DNA of 60,991 bases from Paenacidovorax caeni (GTDB taxonomy: Bacteria; Pseudomonadota; Gammaproteobacteria; Burkholderiales; Burkholderiaceae_C): assembly GCA_943370985.1 (NCBI GenBank), contig CALRTF020000001.1, positions 1-60,991 of the forward strand, in the 5' to 3' direction. Under the pieces are notes generated by a model. It did no database searches and had not been told where the DNA came from. It saw nothing but the letters and a program-made list of their open reading frames with translations. Positions 56,422 through 60,991 of this stretch are shown in pieces. Position 1 is the stretch's first letter. Every line of letters starts with the position of its first letter. The translations under genes and the position numbers were made by a program.

Positions 56422-57695
56422 CCGCCGTGATGTTGACGACCATGATCGTCTGTTTTGCGCTGACGATTTCTGTCGCGGTGTCCATCGGTCTCGCGGCCGT
56501 GTTCGGCATCCAGGCCAGCAACGCCCACATGCTGATCTCCGTCAAGGAGATGTTCAACGCCATCAACAAGTTTCCACTGGCCGCGATCCCGTTTTTTATC
56601 CTCGCCGGCAACCTGATGGAAACCGGCGGCATCTCGCGCCGGCTGGTCGAGTTCGCCAAAAGCATCGTCGGCGGCGTGCAGGGCGGCCTGCCCATGACCT
56701 GCGTGCTGACCTGCATGATTTTTGCGGCGGTCTCGGGGTCTTCGGTGGCCACCACCTTCGCCGTCGGCGCCATCCTGATTCCCGCGCTGGTCAAACACGG
56801 TTATCCGAAAAGTTATGCGGCCGCCCTGCAGGCGACCAGCGCCGAGCTGGGTGTGATCATTCCGCCCTCGATTCCGCTGATCCTCTACGGCGTGAGCGCC
56901 GAAGTCTCGATCGGCGAGCTGTTCATCGCCGGCATCGGTCCCGGCATCCTGATCAGTGCGGCGCTGATGGTGTTTGTCTACATCTACTGCCGCATCAAGG
57001 GCTGGGGCAAAAACGACGGCGATGGCCGGCTGGGTTTCTTCAAGGCCACCTGGCAGGCCGGCTGGGCGCTGCTGATGCCGGTCATCATCCTGGGCGGCAT
57101 TTACGGCGGCATCTTCACGCCGACCGAAGCCGCGGCTGTTGCCGTGTTTTACGCATTGATCGTCGGTGTGGTGATCTACCGCGAGATCAGCATCCCCAGC
57201 CTGATCGTGGTGCTGCGCAAATCGGTGATCTCCAGCGCGGTGATCATGTTCATCATCGCCAACGCCGGCCTGTTCGCCTTCCTGATCACCCGCGCCGGCG
57301 TACCCGATGCGATCGGGCGTTACCTCGAAGCCGTACTGCAGTCACCTGCCCTGTTCCTGCTGGGCGTCAATGCGGCGCTGTTCCTGATCGGCATGTTCAT
57401 CGAAACCAGTGCCGCCATCATTGTGCTGGCGCCGATTCTGGCGCCCGTGGCCATGCATTTCGGCATCGACCCGGTGCATTTCGGCATGGTCATGGTGGTG
57501 AATCTGGCGCTGGGCATGATCACACCGCCCTTCGGCGTGAACCTGTTTGCTGCGTGCACGGTGGCGCGAATATCACTGGACCAGATCATCCGGCACCTGA
57601 TCCCCTTCGTGCTGGTGATCATCGCCTGCCTGATGCTGATCACCTACCTGCCGGCGATCTCGCTGACCTTGCGCGATATCGTTTACGCGCGCTAG
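56418..57695 (+). CDS. dctM: TRAP transporter large permease
   Basis: AIPFFILAGNLM, SGSSVA, IIPPSI, FTPTEA and ITPPFG motifs. Confidence 0.95.
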   Translation: MTAVMLTTMIVCFALTISVAVSIGLAAVFGIQASNAHMLISVKEMFNAINKFPLAAIPFFILAGNLMETGGISRRLVEFAKSIVGGVQGGLPMTCVLTCMIFAAVSGSSVATTFAVGAILIPALVKHGYPKSYAAALQATSAELGVIIPPSIPLILYGVSAEVSIGELFIAGIGPGILISAALMVFVYIYCRIKGWGKNDGDGRLGFFKATWQAGWALLMPVIILGGIYGGIFTPTEAAAVAVFYALIVGVVIYREISIPSLIVVLRKSVISSAVIMFIIANAGLFAFLITRAGVPDAIGRYLEAVLQSPALFLLGVNAALFLIGMFIETSAAIIVLAPILAPVAMHFGIDPVHFGMVMVVNLALGMITPPFGVNLFAACTVARISLDQIIRHLIPFVLVIIACLMLITYLPAISLTLRDIVYAR

Positions 57696-57730
57696 CGGAC
57701 TTTTCTCCGGCGGCAAGTTATCGCCACTTT

Positions 57731-57757
57731 GTCATCCCGGACTGGATCCGGGATCCA
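57731..57757. repeat. REP-like palindrome
   Basis: GTCATCCCGGACTGGATCCGGGATCCA hairpin. Confidence 0.6.
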
Positions 57758-57802
57758 CGTCCAAACCCCTCCGTCCGGGCTGCGCTTGGCGAAGACGTCT
57801 TT

Positions 57803-58058
57803 TTCTCAACCTCTTTGGTGCGCCCATGCCCGTTGGCCGGGGGTTGCCCGGCCGCAAGTAACTTTCGTTTGCTTCGCCAAAAGAAAGTCACCAAAGAAAA
57901 GGCGACCCTGCTGCCTGCGGCCCTTCGCTCGCGCTCCGGGCAACCTGCGGTGCCCGGTCCAGCCGGGGCCGGGCTCGAACTCGCCTTCGGCTCAGACAAT
58001 CGCCCGTCCTGATCCGTCTGGCCCTGCGCTCCTCGGCGCATACAGAAGGGTGGGGAGA
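57803..58058. mobile_element. Non-coding MITE-like structured repeat
   Basis: Core ACTTTCGTTTGCTTCGCCAAAAGAAAGTCACCAAAGAAAAGGCGACCC, several hairpins, imperfect inverted ends; resembles a dispersed proteobacterial repeat recalled from memory. Confidence 0.55.
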
Positions 58059-58202
58059 GAAGGCAAACATCCCATACAAATCCGGGACTTCGTTCGGAGT
58101 TCAACGAACGGTCAGGCATACGCGGGCGGCCGGGCGGGCCAGGCTTCATAACTGTGTCATATTGTGTCTGCATGATGAGGGCTTTACCGTTCAGGACGCC
58201 CC

Positions 58203-58781
58203 ATGCAGCTCCACAAGACAGACCGCGCCCGGGCCGAACTCAAAGCGGGAACCCGCACGCTGGGCCAGCGCGAGCGCACCCTGCTGTTGCTGGCCGATGG
58301 CAGCAAGTCGGTGCAGGACTTCCGCCCGCTGTTCAACGGTGACGGCGAGGAAATCGCGCTGAAGCTGCTGCGCGACGGTTTTCTGCAGACCCAGCCTGGC
58401 AAGGTAACGCAAGCCATCCGTCCCCCGGTGGTCGCGGCGGAACAAGCCCGGCCCGCCCCGCCTGAAAAGCAGCCCCTCGCGCAGAACCAGTCCGCCCCGC
58501 AAGCGCCCGCCCGGGTGTCCGCCGACCAGTTTGAAGGCAAGAGGTCGCTGGCCACCACACGCATGTTTCTCTTCGACATCTGTGAACGCATGTTTTCCCG
58601 GAAAAATCCCGAACTGGCCGCGGTGTTCCGCGAGGCCTTGCGCGACGCCAGGGATCGCGAGGCCATGCTGGCAGCGTCCCGCCGCATGATCGAGGAAATC
58701 GAGAAGGTCACGGGGTCCGAGCGGGCGGACTCCATCAGCGAACGCATCGCCATGCTGCTGCCCGCCGAGCAGGAAGCCTGA
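58203..58781 (+). CDS. Conserved hypothetical protein
   Basis: AGGA RBS; host-like codon usage; RERTLLLLADG and RSLATTRMFLFD segments. Confidence 0.75.
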   Translation: MQLHKTDRARAELKAGTRTLGQRERTLLLLADGSKSVQDFRPLFNGDGEEIALKLLRDGFLQTQPGKVTQAIRPPVVAAEQARPAPPEKQPLAQNQSAPQAPARVSADQFEGKRSLATTRMFLFDICERMFSRKNPELAAVFREALRDARDREAMLAASRRMIEEIEKVTGSERADSISERIAMLLPAEQEA

Positions 58782-58800
58782 GGCGGGCTTCAGCTACACT

Positions 58801-59023
58801 TGCCGCGTCAGGAGAGAGTTTTCCCCCGCGAAAACCGCCGAAGGCGCATGAGTCACCCCCAATGGTGCTCTGAACGCTCAGGCAAAAGGACTGGCAACCG
58901 CCCCCCTGGCACCCGTGCCGGTGGGCGTTCCCTACTGGAGAGAGGCGGCCTCGCGGGCCGTCCACCGAAGGAGCAAGCCCGCATCGCCGGGTGAATCTCT
59001 CAGGTAAGCCGGACAGCAGGGGC
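58801..59023 (+). ncRNA. Tandem glycine riboswitch
   Basis: Two aptamers: GGAGAG...CCGAAGGCGCA...CTCAGGCAAAAGGAC and GGAGAG...CACCGAAGGAGCAA...AATCTCTCAGGT; upstream of gcvT. Confidence 0.93.
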
Positions 59024-59070
59024 AAGCCATGGTTTGATGCCATGTTGTCTATTTGCCCCGGAGAACGCCC

Positions 59071-60201
59071 GTGTCCACCACAGCCGCCGAACTGTTCACC
59101 ACACCGCTGCATGCGCTGCACCTGGAACTGGGCGCCCGCATGGTCCCGTTTGCGGGTTATTCGATGCCGGTCCAGTACCCCTCGGGCCTGATGGCCGAAC
59201 ACCTGCATACCCGCCGCGCCGCCGGCCTGTTCGACGTGTCCCACATGGGCCAGCTGCGCCTGGTCGGACCCGACGCTGCGGCCGCGCTGGAAACCCTGAT
59301 CCCGGTCGACGTGATCGGCCTGGCGCCTGGCAAACAGCGCTACGCCCTGCTGCTCAATGAGGACGGCGGCATCATCGACGACCTGATGTTCTTCAACCGC
59401 GGCGAAGACATTTTCATCATCGTCAACGGCGCCTGCAAGGTCGGCGACATCGCGCATATCCAGCAAAACATCGGCAGCCGCTGCGAAGTCATCCCCATGC
59501 CCGAAATGGCGCTGCTGGCCTTGCAGGGCCCGCAGGCCGTAACCGCACTGGCGCGGCTGGCGCCCGGCGTCGAGCAACTGGTGTTCATGACCGGCGGGCG
59601 CTTCAGCGTTGCCGGCTGCGACTGCTTTCTCACGCGCAGCGGCTATACCGGCGAAGACGGTTTCGAAATCTCCGTGCCGGCCACGCAGGCCGACACGCTG
59701 GCGCGCGCCCTGCTGGCGCAGCCTGAAGTCCTTCCCATCGGCCTGGGCGCGCGCAACTCGCTGCGGCTGGAAGCCGGGCTCTGCCTCTACGGAAACGACC
59801 TCGACAACACCACCACACCGGTCGAGGCCAGCCTGAACTGGGCGATCCAGAAGGTGCGGCGCACGGGCGGCGAGCGGGCCGGCGGTTTTCCGGGCGCCGA
59901 CAAGGTGCTGGCGCAGCTGGACGCGCCCGCGAGCCTGGCCCGCAAGCGTGTCGGCCTGATCGCGCTCGAACGGGTGCCGGTGCGTGAACACACTGAACTG
60001 CACAATCATGAAGGCCGGCGCATCGGCGAAGTCACCAGCGGCCTGCTGGGACCGACGATAGACAGGCCGGTGGCCATGGCCTATCTCGAACCCGCCTTTG
60101 CCGCCATCGGCACCCGGGTGACCGCCATGGTGCGCGGCAAGGCCGTGCCCATGGAAGTTTGCGCCATGCCGTTTGTGCCCGCCCGTTATTTCCGCGGCTG
60201 A
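59071..60201 (+). CDS. gcvT: Glycine cleavage aminomethyltransferase
   Basis: [19 protein letters not shown] and [11 protein letters not shown] motifs; GTG after GGAG. Confidence 0.96.
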   Translation: MSTTAAELFTTPLHALHLELGARMVPFAGYSMPVQYPSGLMAEHLHTRRAAGLFDVSHMGQLRLVGPDAAAALETLIPVDVIGLAPGKQRYALLLNEDGGIIDDLMFFNRGEDIFIIVNGACKVGDIAHIQQNIGSRCEVIPMPEMALLALQGPQAVTALARLAPGVEQLVFMTGGRFSVAGCDCFLTRSGYTGEDGFEISVPATQADTLARALLAQPEVLPIGLGARNSLRLEAGLCLYGNDLDNTTTPVEASLNWAIQKVRRTGGERAGGFPGADKVLAQLDAPASLARKRVGLIALERVPVREHTELHNHEGRRIGEVTSGLLGPTIDRPVAMAYLEPAFAAIGTRVTAMVRGKAVPMEVCAMPFVPARYFRG

Positions 60202-60238
60202 ATTTTTTATCTCTCAACTTTATTCAACGGAGAAGACC

Positions 60239-60607
60239 ATGCTCAAGTACACCGAAGACCACGAATGGATCAAGCTCGACGGCGACGTCGCCACCGTCGG
60301 CATCACCACCCACGCCCAGGATGCGCTCGGTGATGTGGTGTTTGTGGACCTGCCGTCCGTGGGCAGCAGCCTCGCGCAGAAGGAGGTGGCCGGTGTGGTC
60401 GAGTCAGTCAAGGCCGCCGCCGACGTCTACATGCCGATCAGCGGCGAAGTCACCGAGGTCAACGAAGCCCTGCGCGACGATCCGTCCCTCGCCAACAGCG
60501 ACCCGCTGGGCGCCGGCTGGTTCTTCAAGGTCAGGCTGTCGGACAAGTCGCAGCTCGATGCGCTGCTCGATGAAGCCGCCTACACGACCTTTGCCGCCAA
60601 CGCCTGA
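60239..60607 (+). CDS. gcvH: Glycine cleavage H protein
   Basis: [15 protein letters not shown] and lipoyl site VESVKAA. Confidence 0.97.
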   Translation: MLKYTEDHEWIKLDGDVATVGITTHAQDALGDVVFVDLPSVGSSLAQKEVAGVVESVKAAADVYMPISGEVTEVNEALRDDPSLANSDPLGAGWFFKVRLSDKSQLDALLDEAAYTTFAANA

Positions 60608-60620
60608 ACCGTCTCTTCAC

Positions 60621-60691
60621 CCCGTTCGGGCTGAGCCTGTCGAAGCCATGCCTCACTTTACTGCTGCCCTTAGCCAAGCTCAGGGCGAACG
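60621..60691. repeat. REP-like inverted pair
   Basis: CCGTTCGGGCTGAGCCTGTCGAAG ... CCTTAGCCAAGCTCAGGGCGAACG. Confidence 0.72.
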
Positions 60692-60709
60692 AACTCTGGA
60701 ATCGCCTTC

Positions 60710-60991
60710 ATGTTGATGCCCTCCGCCAAGCCGCTCGGTGAACTGGAAAACCCCGCTGAATTCATCGCCCGCCACATCGGCGTCGATGCCACCGACGAAA
60801 CCCACATGCTGGGCGTGGTGGGCGCCAGCTCGCGCCGCGCGCTGATAGACGGCATTGTTCCGCGCTCCATCGCGCGCAGCAGCGCGATGGCGATTCCGCC
60901 ACCGGTCAGCGAAGCCGCCGCGCTCAAGCAGCTCAAGGCCATGGCGGCCAAGAACCAGGTGTTCAAGAGTTTTATCGGCCAGGGCTATTAC
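60710..60991 (+). CDS. gcvP: Glycine dehydrogenase (decarboxylating), 5' part, runs off the window
   Basis: Manual translation MLMPSAKPLGELENPAEFIARHIG...KSFIGQGY; absent from the ORF track because it is incomplete. Confidence 0.95.
   Translation, partial: MLMPSAKPLGELENPAEFIARHIGVDATDETHMLGVVGASSRRALIDGIVPRSIARSSAMAIPPPVSEAAALKQLKAMAAKNQVFKSFIGQGYY

Noticed and set aside
57718-58173. ORFs of 140-151 aa on both strands
   Set aside because: They are translations of the non-coding repeat element

Overview
High-GC betaproteobacterial chromosome segment, probably Comamonadaceae (inferred from gene content and repeat style). Left to right: tgpA-like and mltB; a roughly 15 kb locus of circularly permuted ATP-grasp, alpha-E and transglutaminase genes in two divergent arms, each behind a sigma-54 (GG-N10-GC) promoter, with comEC between the arms and an orphan PRTase-like gene inside the right arm; ridA, an FMN riboswitch with ribH, alaS, gabD, a Tat-exported DsrE protein and tRNA-Gly(CCC); a 14 kb MSHA-like type IV filament cluster containing a stripped-down PrsK/PrsR-like two-component pair; CoA transferase, katG and CMD/AhpD genes; a foreign-looking Bug-GlxA-DJ-1 cassette beside an IS5 scar; SDR, ETF-QO, denD and a TRAP transporter; a tandem glycine riboswitch with gcvT-gcvH-gcvP (partial). 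The most unexpected signal is a 54-bp motif with fixed spacing and variable spacers, G(C/T)T-N9-RKAGCT-N21-GCTG-N6-A/T tract. It occurs as 7 full copies and 1 partial copy, four of them inside coding sequences, and two of those encode the end of a signal peptide in unrelated proteins. No CRISPR array, rRNA, integrase or intact transposase was seen. Family assignments are from motif recognition only; no database search was run.
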